NCBI GenBank assembly: GCA_963764725.1
Contig: CAVXTM010000016.1
Location: 192,001 to 256,000, forward strand
Length of the DNA: 64,000 bases
From: an uncultured Gammaproteobacteria bacterium
GTDB taxonomy: Bacteria; Pseudomonadota; Gammaproteobacteria; JACCXJ01
Direction: 5' to 3'
Numbering within the stretch: position 1 is the stretch's first letter; each line of letters opens with the position of its first letter. Shown one piece after another: positions 1 through 9,785 of the stretch. The position numbers were made by a program, and so were the translations under genes. The notes under the pieces are model-generated. The model did no database searches. It saw nothing but the letters and a program-made list of their open reading frames with translations, and had not been told where the DNA came from.

Positions 1-730
1 GGCGTCAACGAGTCGACCAAGACGAGATGCCAGCCGTAGCCGGACTCGATCGGGCCCGCCAGGTGCCCGGCGTCGAGCGCGAAGAGCGCGCGGGCGAAGC
101 CCGGGCCGAACGTCCTTGGCGACGCTCGTCGGGCGAGCGGTCGCCAGTAGTAGTCCTGGAACATGAAGGGATCGCCGAGCGCCGTCGCAGCCGGCGCAGT
201 CCATCGGGCTTGCCCGCGAGCTTCGTCGAGCGCGCGCGCCGCGTCGTCGCGCGCGCGCGCGCCGCGCCGGTCGGGCGAGAAGTAGAGATGGCGAAACGTG
301 ACGCGCGCCGGCAGCGCGAAGCGCTCCGCGTTCTTCTCGAACCAGGCCTGCGAGCTCCTCGGCGGTGGGCTCGCGCAGCGCGGCGACGTCCTCGAAGAGG
401 AACTCCATCTTCTGCGCCAGCCGGCGCTTCACGATCGTGTCGTCCTTGTCGAGGCCGAGCGCCAGCGCCTCGCGGTAGAGGATCTCCTCGCGCACCCGTG
501 CTCTCGACGAGGCCGCGCATCTCCTCGGGCGACGGCGGCGCGCTGCCCTGCGCGAGCCAAGGCGATCCCGATCTGCTCGCAGATCGTCCGAGGTGAGCTC
601 GATCTGCCTGGACTCGGCTCGCGGAGCCGCTTCGCGCTGGAGCGCGCGCATAGCCGGCGAAGAGCAGCAGCCCGACCAGCAGGAACTGCAGCAGCGGCTC
701 GCGCAGCCAGCGTCCGATCGCGACGCTCAA
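1..730 (-). CDS. PpiC-type peptidyl-prolyl cis-trans isomerase family protein (frameshifted, runs off window)
   Basis: TTG start overlaps the stop of the DUF3604 gene. N-terminus MSVAIGRWLREPLLQFLLVGLLLF; other frames give REEILYREALALGLDKDDTIVKRRLAQKMEFL. This family is a usual DUF3604 neighbour. Several indels. Confidence 0.7.
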
Positions 731-3077
731 CGCGGAGCGGCTCCCAACGGGCTCAGCTTCTGCGACCGCCGGGATGATCTCGTAGTTGGCGTAGCCGAAC
801 TCGTTGCTGCGCGCGCCGAGATACTTGTCGCCCAGCTTGTAGACGGTGATCTCGATCGGCGTGCCGACGAGCTCGGTGACGATCTTCCCGTTGGCGATGT
901 TGTAGGTCCGGGAGGTGCCGAGATAGCTGGCGTCGACCGCGTCGCCGGTCAGGCTCTGCATCGCCACGTTTCTTCCCACGTAGCGCACCTGGAACTGGCC
1001 CTGGTTGGCCGGGAAGCGCTGGGTGACGTATCCGGGCTCGGCGGGTGTGAGCGGCTTCGCGTCCGCGCCCTTGCCCAGGGCGCCGTAGATGATCATGTAC
1101 TTCTCGCCCGTCACCGTGTTCTGCAGCCAGACGGACTTCTCGCACGATCAGCGCCTTCAGCTGCGCGTCGTCGAGCGCCGCCGCGCCCTGCTTCTTCAGG
1201 TCGGCGACCGTGGTGCCGCGGCTTGGCCGCTCTTGCGCGCCTCGGCGCTCGGCGTGTACCAGATCGGCGAGCTCCAGGCGCGCTCCTGGAGCGTGGCGCG
1301 CCACGACGTCGGGCGGCGCGATGCCGAGCTGCTTCGCCTGGATCGTCGTCCAGCGCGGCGTCGGGATCTCGAGCACGCGCGCGTAGTAGAAGGCGTGCAG
1401 GCTCGGATCGAACTCGGGATCGGTCCACACCGTCTTCAGCTCCACCGCGCCGATCGTGTTCGTGTAGGTCGCGTTCTCGACGTCCACCGTGCTGCCGATC
1501 GGCGGCACGACGCCGGTCCACTTGTCGGGCTTGCGGTCGCCCGCCCAGACGACGTCGAAGATCTTCTCGAAGCTCTGGCCGCTCTTCGTCCAGCCCTTCA
1601 CGATCTGGATGCGGTCGAGATTGCCGGAGGTCGGATCCTTCACCGCCCAGACCATGAAGGTCGGCGCCTTGCCCTTGGCCGGCGGCAGGTCGCCGCCCAT
1701 CGGCACGCCCTTCGCGTAGCCGGTCTTCACCCAGTCCTGCTGCTTCGACCAGCGTCCGGCCGTGTACTCCCAGCCGCCGAAGAAGCGCACCTTGATGTGC
1801 GGGCCGCTCACGGCGAAGGTCTCCTTGCGCTGCATGGCCTCGAAGATGCGAGGCGCGCGTGTTCTCCTCGGCCCAGACGCCCGTCAGCCCGCTGGTGCCT
1901 TCGAGTGCGCGCGTCGAACATGCCGCCGACCAGAGTGCCGGACATGCGCGCCTCGATCGTCCCGTCGGTGAAGGTATGGCCGCCGAAGAAGTTGTCCTGG
2001 CGGTAGGGGACGGCGGTGTTGTGCGAGTCCGACGCGGCTCCGAAGCCGAACTTGTACGGGTTGAAGCCCTTGCTGTCCTGCATGGCGAGGCCGTCCTTCA
2101 GCGCCTGCCGGGCGTAGCTGCCGACGATGTGCGGAATGCGGCCCGGCGGGTTGCCCAGCAGGACCGACATGATCTCGAAGTTGGCGAACTCGTCGTTGGG
2201 CGAGAGCAGCGGGTGGGTCTCGGAGGTGCCCTTCAGCTGCTTGATCTCGATCAGCGGCTCGTTGCGCACGCGCGACGCGGCATAGGCGGCGTCGATCGGG
2301 CGGCCCTTGGTGTCGACCTCGGTCGGGAACATGCGGCCGTCGGAGAGATTGGCGTTGTGCGAGATGGCGAGCAGCTCGTTGCCGGCCTTGCGCTGGCCGT
2401 CCATCCAGTTCCAGAGGTCCACGGGATGCGTACGAGTCCAGCGCGCTGAACGGCATCGGCGGCACCTTGGCGCAGTCCTTGAAGAAGATGTTGCGGTGCA
2501 GGTTCATGTTGTTCGGCATCGAGGTCCACTCGTAGGAGCAGAAGGCCGTGAACTTCCCCGGCTCGTTCGCCTGGTCGGCGAGCGCGACGTTCCGCTTCCA
2601 GACCGTCCCGGCGATCTCGGGGGCCATGAGCGCCTTGACCGGCGGTCCGCTGGCCAGGGTGTTGATGGCGTACAGGGCGACCCGCTCCATCTCTTCCTTC
2701 GTCCTGGCCTTCAGGATCAGCGGCTGCGCCTCGGGGATCTTGCTGACCGCGGAGCCCGGCTCGTTCGCCAGGTTGACCACGCCCGCGTACTCGGAGTGGT
2801 CGGTGACGCCCGCCCAGTCGAGCGGCGTGTCGATCTTCACGTCGTAGCCGAGGGGATGCTTGATCGGCTCGCCCTTGAAGTACTTGTACGCGTCGCCGGG
2901 AGTGGTGAGGATGTTCCCGATGGCGAACGCGTCGAGCGACCAGCTCGTGTGGACGTGCGTCTCGCCGAAGTAGGCGTCGCGCTCGGGGTTTTTCTCGGCG
3001 TATGACGCACAGGTCGCCAACATCATCGTCGTTCCGGCAACGAAGCCGAGCGCGCGGAGCATCGTGTTTCGTTTCAT
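727..3077 (-). CDS. DUF3604 domain-containing secreted protein (PHP-like metallohydrolase fold), broken by several frameshifts
   Basis: Signal peptide MKRNTMLRALGFVAG; motifs YFGETHVHTSWSLDAF, VTDHSEY, NLHRN, SHNANLS, ASDSH, FYYARVLEIPTPRW spread over ORFs 1884-3155, 1808-2422, 753-1835 and 5-1114. Confidence 0.8.
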
Positions 3078-3135
3078 GTACTTTCTCCTGCTGAGATGGT
3101 GGTTGCGTAGTTTGTTTTGGTCATTTCGGGCCGTG

Positions 3136-3948
3136 TCAGTACTTATCCGGCACAAACCGCCTTGCCGTCACCGAAGCCTCGTCATCGTATCGGCCTTTCA
3201 TCGACCGCTTGGGGAGTTCTACCTTCGACCGCGGTACCGTCTTGTACGGGATCAGGCTCAGCAGATGCGAAATGCAATTCAGGCGGCCACGCCGCTTGTC
3301 GTCCGTACGCACAAGGTACCAAGGCGCATACTCCGTGTCGGTTGCCTCCAGCATCAGGTCGCGGGCGCGGGAGTAGTCGTACCAGCGCTTGCGCGCGGGT
3401 AGATCCATAGGACTCAGCTTCCACTGACGAAGCGGATCCTCGATGCGCGCCTCAAACCGGCGTTTCTGTTCCTTGTCACTCACTTCCAGCCAGTACTTGA
3501 TTAATATGATCCCGTTATCGACGATTTGTTTCTCGAATTCCGGACACACCTTCAAAAACCGGCGGCGCTGCTCGTTGGTGCAAAAGCCCATTACATATTC
3601 CACTCCAGCTCGGTTGTACCAGCTACGGTCGAAGATCACTACCTCGCCTGCGGCTGGGAAATGGGGAAGATACCGCTGGATGTACATTTGAGTTTTCTCT
3701 CGGTCCGAAGGAGCGGCCAGGGCGACAACGCGGAAGACACGGGGACTCACGCGCTCCGTGATCGCCCTGATGGTACCGCCCTTGCCGGCGGCATCGCGCC
3801 CCTCGAACACTACGACCACCCGAAGGCCTTTGTGCTTCACCCACTCCTGCAGTGCGCACAGCTTCTCCTGGAGCCGGCGCAATTCAATCTCATAGTCCTT
3901 GCGCTTGAGCTTGGATTTGTCTTTGTTGTTTCGATTCATCACGTTCAT
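3136..3948 (-). CDS. ppk2: Polyphosphate kinase 2
   Basis: Walker A FEGRDAAGKGG, Walker B IFDRSWYNR, lid region RQWKLSPMD. Confidence 0.95.
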   Translation of the reverse strand: MNVMNRNNKDKSKLKRKDYEIELRRLQEKLCALQEWVKHKGLRVVVVFEGRDAAGKGGTIRAITERVSPRVFRVVALAAPSDREKTQMYIQRYLPHFPAAGEVVIFDRSWYNRAGVEYVMGFCTNEQRRRFLKVCPEFEKQIVDNGIILIKYWLEVSDKEQKRRFEARIEDPLRQWKLSPMDLPARKRWYDYSRARDLMLEATDTEYAPWYLVRTDDKRRGRLNCISHLLSLIPYKTVPRSKVELPKRSMKGRYDDEASVTARRFVPDKY

Positions 3949-3998
3949 GGCTACATTTAGTTAGATAAGATTGGGGAGTAACGCCGAATTATATTCCG

Positions 3999-5537
3999 CT
4001 ATTCTTGAACCGAAGGCCACGACGCTTGGCCATGCCTTTCCTCACCGGTTGTTCCATTCGCCCGTAGAGACGCGCATTCTGTCAATCGGCCCGAGAAACG
4101 CTCAAACGCCTGTCCGAGGTGGCGTTTGGAGCGATGCGTCTCCGCCTCGATCACCCAGCCGCCGCCCATAGCCTTGTAGACATTGACGAGCTGGGTCAGG
4201 CTATCCGCCTGGTTCTGCGCATGGGCCAGCTCGGCGCTGAACAGCTCGTTCTGTGCAACGAGTACCTCCAGGTAGCTCGTCACGCCCTCGTCGAACCGCT
4301 GTTGGGCGAGCCGCGCAAAATCCTGGAGTGCGGCAACACGTAGGCCGCGCGCTATGAGCTCCTCGCGGCTCTTCTGCGTGCCGATGAGCGCATCGTTCAC
4401 TTCCCGAAACGCGCCTAGGATCGTTTGCCGGTAACGCTCAAGCGCCTGCCGTTGCACCGCCTCGGCCGCCTGCACCTGGCCCTCGATATTGCCAAACGTG
4501 AACACTGGCACCGTCGCCGCAGCGCTCAGTGCCCACACGCCCGCCGGCCCGGTGAACAAGCTCGAAAGCGCTACGCTGGCAGTTCCCACCAAACTGGTGA
4601 GGGAGATCGTCGGAAAATAAAGCGAGCGGGCGACACCGATCTGAGCGTTCGCCGCAATGAGATCCTGCTCAGTGGCGCGGATGTCCGGCCGGCGATCGAG
4701 CAGGCTCGAGGGCAGGCCGCTCGGAATTCCAGGAGAAGCGAGCTGATCGATCGCCTTGCCGCGTAGAATCGGTGCCGGATTGCGGCCGAGCAGGATCGAG
4801 AGCAGATTCTCCTGCAGCGCGATCTGGCGCTCAAAAGCGGGGATCGCGGCAAGAGCCTCTTGATATTGCGACTCGACCTGGGCGACCTCGACTTGACCGA
4901 CGATCCCCTCCTTGAAGCGCAGGTCGAAGATCCGCTTGGTCTCGCCGTAGTTGCGGGCGGTCGCATGCGAGATCTCGAGCTGGCGGTCGAGCGCCCGCAG
5001 CGCGATGTAGCTCGAGGCCACGCCGGTCACGACCGAGAGGATGACCGCGAGCCGTACGTCCTCGGCGGAGAATACCTGCGCCTGAGCCGACTCGGTGGCG
5101 CGTCGGATGCGGCCGAAGACATCGATCTCCCAGTTGGTGTTGAGCTCGAGCTCATAGAAGTTGAAGGGGTTGCTCACGTTCGAAGGGAACGGCCCCGGCC
5201 CCGCTTCGGTCTCACGCAGGCCCCCGGTGGCGGCCGCGGCACCGATCTGGGGGAAGAACGTAGAGCGCGCCGTCCTGAGCTGGCCGAGGAACTGCTCGAT
5301 GCGCGCGGCGGCGATGCGCACATCGTAGTTCTCGCGCAGCGCCGTCTCGATGAGTCGGTCCAGGACGGGATCGCCGAACTGCGCCCACCAGCGGGTATCG
5401 GCCATGCCTGCCGCTTGCTGGTAGTCAACGCGCCAGGCTTGCGGTGTATCGACCTCCGGACGCACGTAATCGGGGCCAACGGCAGCGCAGCCCAACAGCA
5501 AGGTTGCAAGGGAACAGCCTAGCGAGAATCGCCACAT
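3999..5537 (-). CDS. Efflux outer membrane lipoprotein (NodT/OprM/TolC family)
   Basis: Lipobox LLLGC-AAVGPDY, WWAQFGDPVL, NWEIDVFGRIRR, LLDRRPDIR, VYKAMGGGW. The last ~50 aa may be a frameshifted extension. Confidence 0.9.
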   Translation of the reverse strand: MWRFSLGCSLATLLLGCAAVGPDYVRPEVDTPQAWRVDYQQAAGMADTRWWAQFGDPVLDRLIETALRENYDVRIAAARIEQFLGQLRTARSTFFPQIGAAAATGGLRETEAGPGPFPSNVSNPFNFYELELNTNWEIDVFGRIRRATESAQAQVFSAEDVRLAVILSVVTGVASSYIALRALDRQLEISHATARNYGETKRIFDLRFKEGIVGQVEVAQVESQYQEALAAIPAFERQIALQENLLSILLGRNPAPILRGKAIDQLASPGIPSGLPSSLLDRRPDIRATEQDLIAANAQIGVARSLYFPTISLTSLVGTASVALSSLFTGPAGVWALSAAATVPVFTFGNIEGQVQAAEAVQRQALERYRQTILGAFREVNDALIGTQKSREELIARGLRVAALQDFARLAQQRFDEGVTSYLEVLVAQNELFSAELAHAQNQADSLTQLVNVYKAMGGGWVIEAETHRSKRHLGQAFERFSGRLTECASLRANGTTGEERHGQASWPSVQE

Positions 5538-5686
5538 CTTTAGTCATCTTCCCGCTTGGCATGCGGCGCGGCCGGTACGGGCGTACCTGCAACGCTCTAA
5601 GCCCCAAGACGGCTCATGGGCAGCTGTAATAATGCATTGGTGTGATTACCCCCTGAAGCATAAACAGGCCTGATCGCTATGTTTCC

Positions 5687-7000
5687 TCAATGAAGTTCAC
5701 CGAAAATATAGTTTTGCCAACTGACCATGCGCAGCAGAATCTTGCGTATGAGTGCCACATGATGCACATGTTTTGTATAGATAGCCGCGGATCCGATAAC
5801 ACCGGCCGGTAGCTGGTATGCCGATACGTCGTCCTCTAGTTTGATGACTACCGGTACGCGGCCGGGCATCGGCACGGATTCGACGGTCATCAGTGTGCCG
5901 CTCGTTTGCAACTGGCCCTGCGCCAGCACCGGCAAGATGCGGTCTACATGCCCTTTGAACACCCGCCCCGGCACGGCCCTATAAATCACTTCCGCCTCGT
6001 CACCCGGTTTGAGACGCTGCAGCGAGTTCTGCCAGAAGGCACCCACCAGGACGCGGTCAGTGGGAGCGGTAGTGTGGATAAATGTCATTACCGGCCGCAG
6101 CGGCAGTGGCACCGCCATCATGCCAGGTCGCAGGAGAAGTTGTGTAACGAAGCCGTCAGTGGGCGCGCGCACGGTAGTCTGATCGAGGTTCCAGCGTGCG
6201 CGATCGAGCTCAGCAGTAATCTGGCGGACTTTGGGATTGACCCCTCCGCTCTCCGCCTCGAAGGCAAGTCGCGCCTCGCGTTCCTGGGCTTCCGCGCTAC
6301 GCAACTGCTCGCGCGCCGTCTGTACCCGGTCACCACCGGATTCGAGCTTCTCCGCTGCCTGCCGCTCCGCCGCCTGAGCTTGACTGAGTTTCGCTTGGGC
6401 ACTTTCGAAATCCCGCTTCGCCCTGTCAAAATCGGACTGGGCGACCGCGTCTGTGGATAACAACCGCTGATACCGACCGCGCTGTTCGAGCGCGAGTTCG
6501 AGCTGCGCTTGCATTTGCACGACCACTGCCCTTGCCTGTTCCAGCGCCTCAGCTGCCTGACGGCCAGATTCAGACTCGGAGGTCAAGATGTTGGAACGGG
6601 CCTGCGCTGTCGCCGCTTCGGCCGCCCGCAGACGTTCCTCAAGCTGCGCAGCACCTGACTTGGCGTCCGCCAATGCTGCCTCAAGCCGGTCTACTTCATA
6701 CTGATAGGGCGCCGGGTCGATACGGAATAACACATCGCCCTGCTTCAACGGCTGGTTGGCCTCCACTGGCACCTCGACCACCTGGCCCTGCACATCGGGC
6801 ACGATGGGTGTCGTGACAAAGTACTCGCGCACCAGTGTAGTATAGGGATGGTTGTAATTCATCACCATCAGTACCAGGGCGATGAGCACCGCGCCACCGA
6901 GGATTGCCGTGGGCACCGTCCATTTGTTCAGGGGGAGCTTAAAGATCTTGAACACCGCCCAGCAGAAGGCCGTGTAGATCATGATCATCAATATTTCCAT
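5687..7000 (-). CDS. HlyD family secretion / membrane fusion protein (YibH-like)
   Basis: N-terminal TM helices with PLNKWTVPTA and MNYNHPYT, lipoyl half-motifs, long coiled coil, C-terminal RKILLRM. Confidence 0.9.
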   Translation of the reverse strand: MEILMIMIYTAFCWAVFKIFKLPLNKWTVPTAILGGAVLIALVLMVMNYNHPYTTLVREYFVTTPIVPDVQGQVVEVPVEANQPLKQGDVLFRIDPAPYQYEVDRLEAALADAKSGAAQLEERLRAAEAATAQARSNILTSESESGRQAAEALEQARAVVVQMQAQLELALEQRGRYQRLLSTDAVAQSDFDRAKRDFESAQAKLSQAQAAERQAAEKLESGGDRVQTAREQLRSAEAQEREARLAFEAESGGVNPKVRQITAELDRARWNLDQTTVRAPTDGFVTQLLLRPGMMAVPLPLRPVMTFIHTTAPTDRVLVGAFWQNSLQRLKPGDEAEVIYRAVPGRVFKGHVDRILPVLAQGQLQTSGTLMTVESVPMPGRVPVVIKLEDDVSAYQLPAGVIGSAAIYTKHVHHVALIRKILLRMVSWQNYIFGELH

Positions 7001-7001
7001 G

Positions 7002-7442
7002 CTAAAGCTCCAGCGCAGGCGTTCTGCCTTCGAGTGCCGTCAGGCGAGCATCCAGCGCCTTGACCTGCTTAAAGGAGTTGCCTTCGAGCACCGCTAAACG
7101 GGTTTCCAGAGTCTCGTTCCCTGCCGCAGGTTTGCCCTCGAGTGCCGCTAACCGCGCCTCCAGGTCCGCAATACGAATATCCAGCGTTTTCGTTTGTCCG
7201 CTCTCCGCGGCGAAACCGTACCCGCGCTCAGGCCTGTAAATAGTGGCCCAAATCCACAGGAACGGCCAGATAGTGTGCAGTGTCATCAGGCTCACCCATC
7301 CCGCCACGTGGATAGCGTCTTGATGGGGATGGTTGCGCTTCTTGGCAATCTCGTAGGGAATATCGTGGATGCCAATGATAATATAGAAAGTGACGAGGGT
7401 GCCGAAGATCAAAAAGCCCAATGCCAGGTAGTCAAGAAACAC
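7002..7442 (-). CDS. DUF3302 domain membrane protein (YibI-like)
   Basis: IHDIPYEIAKKRNHPHQDAIHVAGWVSL...WPFLWIWAT; directly upstream of the HlyD gene. Confidence 0.9.
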   Translation of the reverse strand: MFLDYLALGFLIFGTLVTFYIIIGIHDIPYEIAKKRNHPHQDAIHVAGWVSLMTLHTIWPFLWIWATIYRPERGYGFAAESGQTKTLDIRIADLEARLAALEGKPAAGNETLETRLAVLEGNSFKQVKALDARLTALEGRTPALEL

Positions 7443-7499
7443 GGCTCGATATCCTCCACATACACATTTTCACGGGTTTATGTTTTGAAATTACATTGG

Positions 7500-7832
7500 C
7501 TCGCCGCGCGGGCGGCGTCGAGCTGAAACAGGACTTGACCCTCCTGCACAAGCTGGCCTTCCTCGTAGGCGATGCGATCGAGGAAGCCTGAGACTCGCGC
7601 CACGATGTCCACCGCGCGCGAGCTCTCGGTCTGGGCGACGAACCTTCACGAAGGGGATGGTCCGCGGCGCGATGGTGATAGCTGTAACCTCCAACGCGGC
7701 TGGCGGCTGAGCGCCTGATTCTTGCTTCGCTTCGGCTTTGGTTTTAGAGCTGTCCTCGGTTTGGGCGGTGCAAGCCGTCAGTGCAAGCCAAAGTAGGAGG
7801 GGAATGCGAAGGCACCAAATAGCTGATCTCAT
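7500..7832 (-). pseudogene. N-terminal stub of an RND periplasmic adaptor (AcrA/MexA-like)
   Basis: Lipoprotein signal LALTAC, then after a frameshift FVAQTESSRAVDIVARVSGFLDRIAYEEGQLVQEGQVLFQLD, where similarity ends. Confidence 0.75.
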
Positions 7833-8134
7833 AGGCTGGGTTTCATTGCTTCTGAGGGGGCGTGGAGGCGCACGCACCCGGCGCCCCTTTCTGCTCGCGA
7901 GTTTACAGGTTTTTGGGGTTAGAACACACCCTCGGGTGCTAGTTCTCTCAGGGCGTGGCTTGTCGTCCCTTCGGTCGCCGCCGGGAGAGGCGCGTCATGG
8001 ACGGTCGCGGAGCCCAGCGCGGACGGTCGCTGCGGCACGGATGCCTGTGGTAGTATTAACGACGCTGGGGATGCAAGCCTCTGCTACGAGCGAGTTTGTT
8101 CACAGCTATTTTCAATCAATTCAGGAGAGACAAA

Positions 8135-8623
8135 ATGTTCAAGAAAAACGCTATATTTTCTTTAGTGTCCACCACGGCCATGTTGCTTCTGCCCCTCACT
8201 CAGGCGGAAGCAGGCACCGAACTCGGGATCCTGACCTGCAAAAAGATCCCAGGCTCGGAAAGAAACCTCTTGATCCACTCGAGTGCGGGATTTAACTGCG
8301 TGTATAAGACCCCGGCTGGTTTCCAAGAAAAGTACAAAGGCGAGGCTGGCATTGCCCTCGGCCTGGACCTGAGCTGGACGAAGGAGGACACCATTGCCTA
8401 TACGGTGATGGGAGTGGCTGAGGGCACCAAATTGCCGCCCGGTGCGTTCGTCGGCACTTACACGGGGGGAACCGCCTCGGCGGCATTTGGCCTCGGTGTA
8501 GGCGCAAAGGTGCTGGTGGGTGGCGGAAATTCCAATGTTGCCCTCAGTCCCCTGGCCTTGGAGGCAAGCAAGGGATTCGGAGCCTCCGCAGGGATCGGCT
8601 ATCTCACGTTGGTGAAAGAATAA
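8135..8623 (+). CDS. DUF992 domain-containing secreted protein
   Basis: RBS AGGAGA; signal peptide; GILTCK, GTYTGGTASAAFGLGVGAKVLVGGG, ALSPLALE. Confidence 0.85.
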   Translation: MFKKNAIFSLVSTTAMLLLPLTQAEAGTELGILTCKKIPGSERNLLIHSSAGFNCVYKTPAGFQEKYKGEAGIALGLDLSWTKEDTIAYTVMGVAEGTKLPPGAFVGTYTGGTASAAFGLGVGAKVLVGGGNSNVALSPLALEASKGFGASAGIGYLTLVKE

Positions 8624-8624
8624 G

Positions 8625-8825
8625 TTTTTCCGTAAACCCGCATTGCCACAGACCTCGCTCCGTCGTTTTTCGCTACTCCGCAAGATTCGCTCGCCTTTTT
8701 CGATGAAACGGGATAAGTGTCCTTCAGCAAGTTTCATCGGGAATCCATGTCATCAGGAGGCAGCGACTAAATGCAATGTAAATGATCTGGCAAGATAACC
8801 ACCGCATCCAGCCGGAAGGGTCCGT
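8625..8825 (-). pseudogene. Degraded REP-associated tyrosine transposase (RAYT) internal fragment
   Basis: Reads PFRLDAVVILPDHLHCI*SLPPDD...KGERI...GLWQCGF. This matches the RAYT HUH region (PDHLHCIWTLP) and the WQxxF motif; stops and indels present. Confidence 0.75.
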
Positions 8826-9108
8826 GCAGCTACTTGCGAGCCTCGACGCGCGTCTTGCTGGAGGGTTCGGATCACGTTTGGCGGCTTCCTTAGAACTAGA
8901 AACAATGATCATCCCCCCTCATCCTGAAAATACAGCCACAAAGCCGCTGGAGCGGATAACAATCAGTAGCGGCGGGAGTCGAGCGGCGCCTACATGGCAT
9001 CTGATCCTAAACGAACACCCCATCCGGTTCAGAGCCCTGAGCCGACATCCCTCCCCTTTGGCCTGCACTTGTCCAAGACGCCAAGCTGTCTCGACATATG
9101 GCACCGAA

Positions 9109-9190
9109 GGCCGATGAATGGCCCGAAAAGTCCCCGATCCTGGACCCAGGACACGCGTGTTTGACGGCTAATAGGTTCAGTCGTATCTTC
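9109..9190 (+). repeat. ~80 bp dispersed repeat with sigma70-like promoter, copy 1
   Basis: Near-identical to 17862-17942; TTGACG(9161)-17 bp-TATCTT(9184). Confidence 0.8.
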
Positions 9191-9234
9191 GCTCCCGACG
9201 AAAAAGCTCTTTTAAAGTTCTTATTCTCAAGCGC

Positions 9235-9618
9235 TTGCCCTTCCAACGAAATAGTGTAACAACTTTGTGTTATTTTGCCGCAATGTTAGCCAGTGTGAGT
9301 TTTGCAGGAGAGCCGACGCCTGCGACGACGCTCGAGATTGCACATCTGTTTTCGTATTTACAGGCCTCCGGGTGTCAATTTTATCGAAATGGAACTTGGT
9401 ATGGTTCGAGTGAGGCAGTGAGCCATCTAAACAAGAAGTACCGGTATCTACTGGGAAAAGGGCTGGTGACGTCTTCTGAAGCCTTCATCGAAACACTTGC
9501 ATCAGAAAGCAGTATGAGTGGCCGAGCCTATCGCGTACGGTGTGGATCAAATCCAGCCGTGAACAGCGCCGATTGGTTTGGAGCTGAGCTGGAAAAATAC
9601 CGTAAAGGAAGGCACTGA
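9235..9618 (+). CDS. DUF5329 (YfeK-like) secreted protein
   Basis: EIAHLFSYLQASGCQFYRNGTWY, HLNKKY, SESSMSGRAYRVRC. Start uncertain. Confidence 0.8.
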   Translation: MPFQRNSVTTLCYFAAMLASVSFAGEPTPATTLEIAHLFSYLQASGCQFYRNGTWYGSSEAVSHLNKKYRYLLGKGLVTSSEAFIETLASESSMSGRAYRVRCGSNPAVNSADWFGAELEKYRKGRH

Positions 9619-9785
9619 TGGCGCAAAACGGGGGCATGGTCCGGCGGATTGCCGGGGATCCCGACCTCATTCAACAGAGTGAGGCTCGTGTGATTCCTAC
9701 CGGAGGGAACGTGATCTACGCGAGAGATGACTATCTAAGGCGCGAGTTTGATTCTTCGGCACCCCATCCGCTCAAGTGGGCAGCC

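Noticed and set aside
5-1114. DUF3604-PPIase fusion suggested by the ORF track
   Set aside because: One extra base near 755 explains it; correcting it gives a TGA at 727-729 overlapping the next TTG start.
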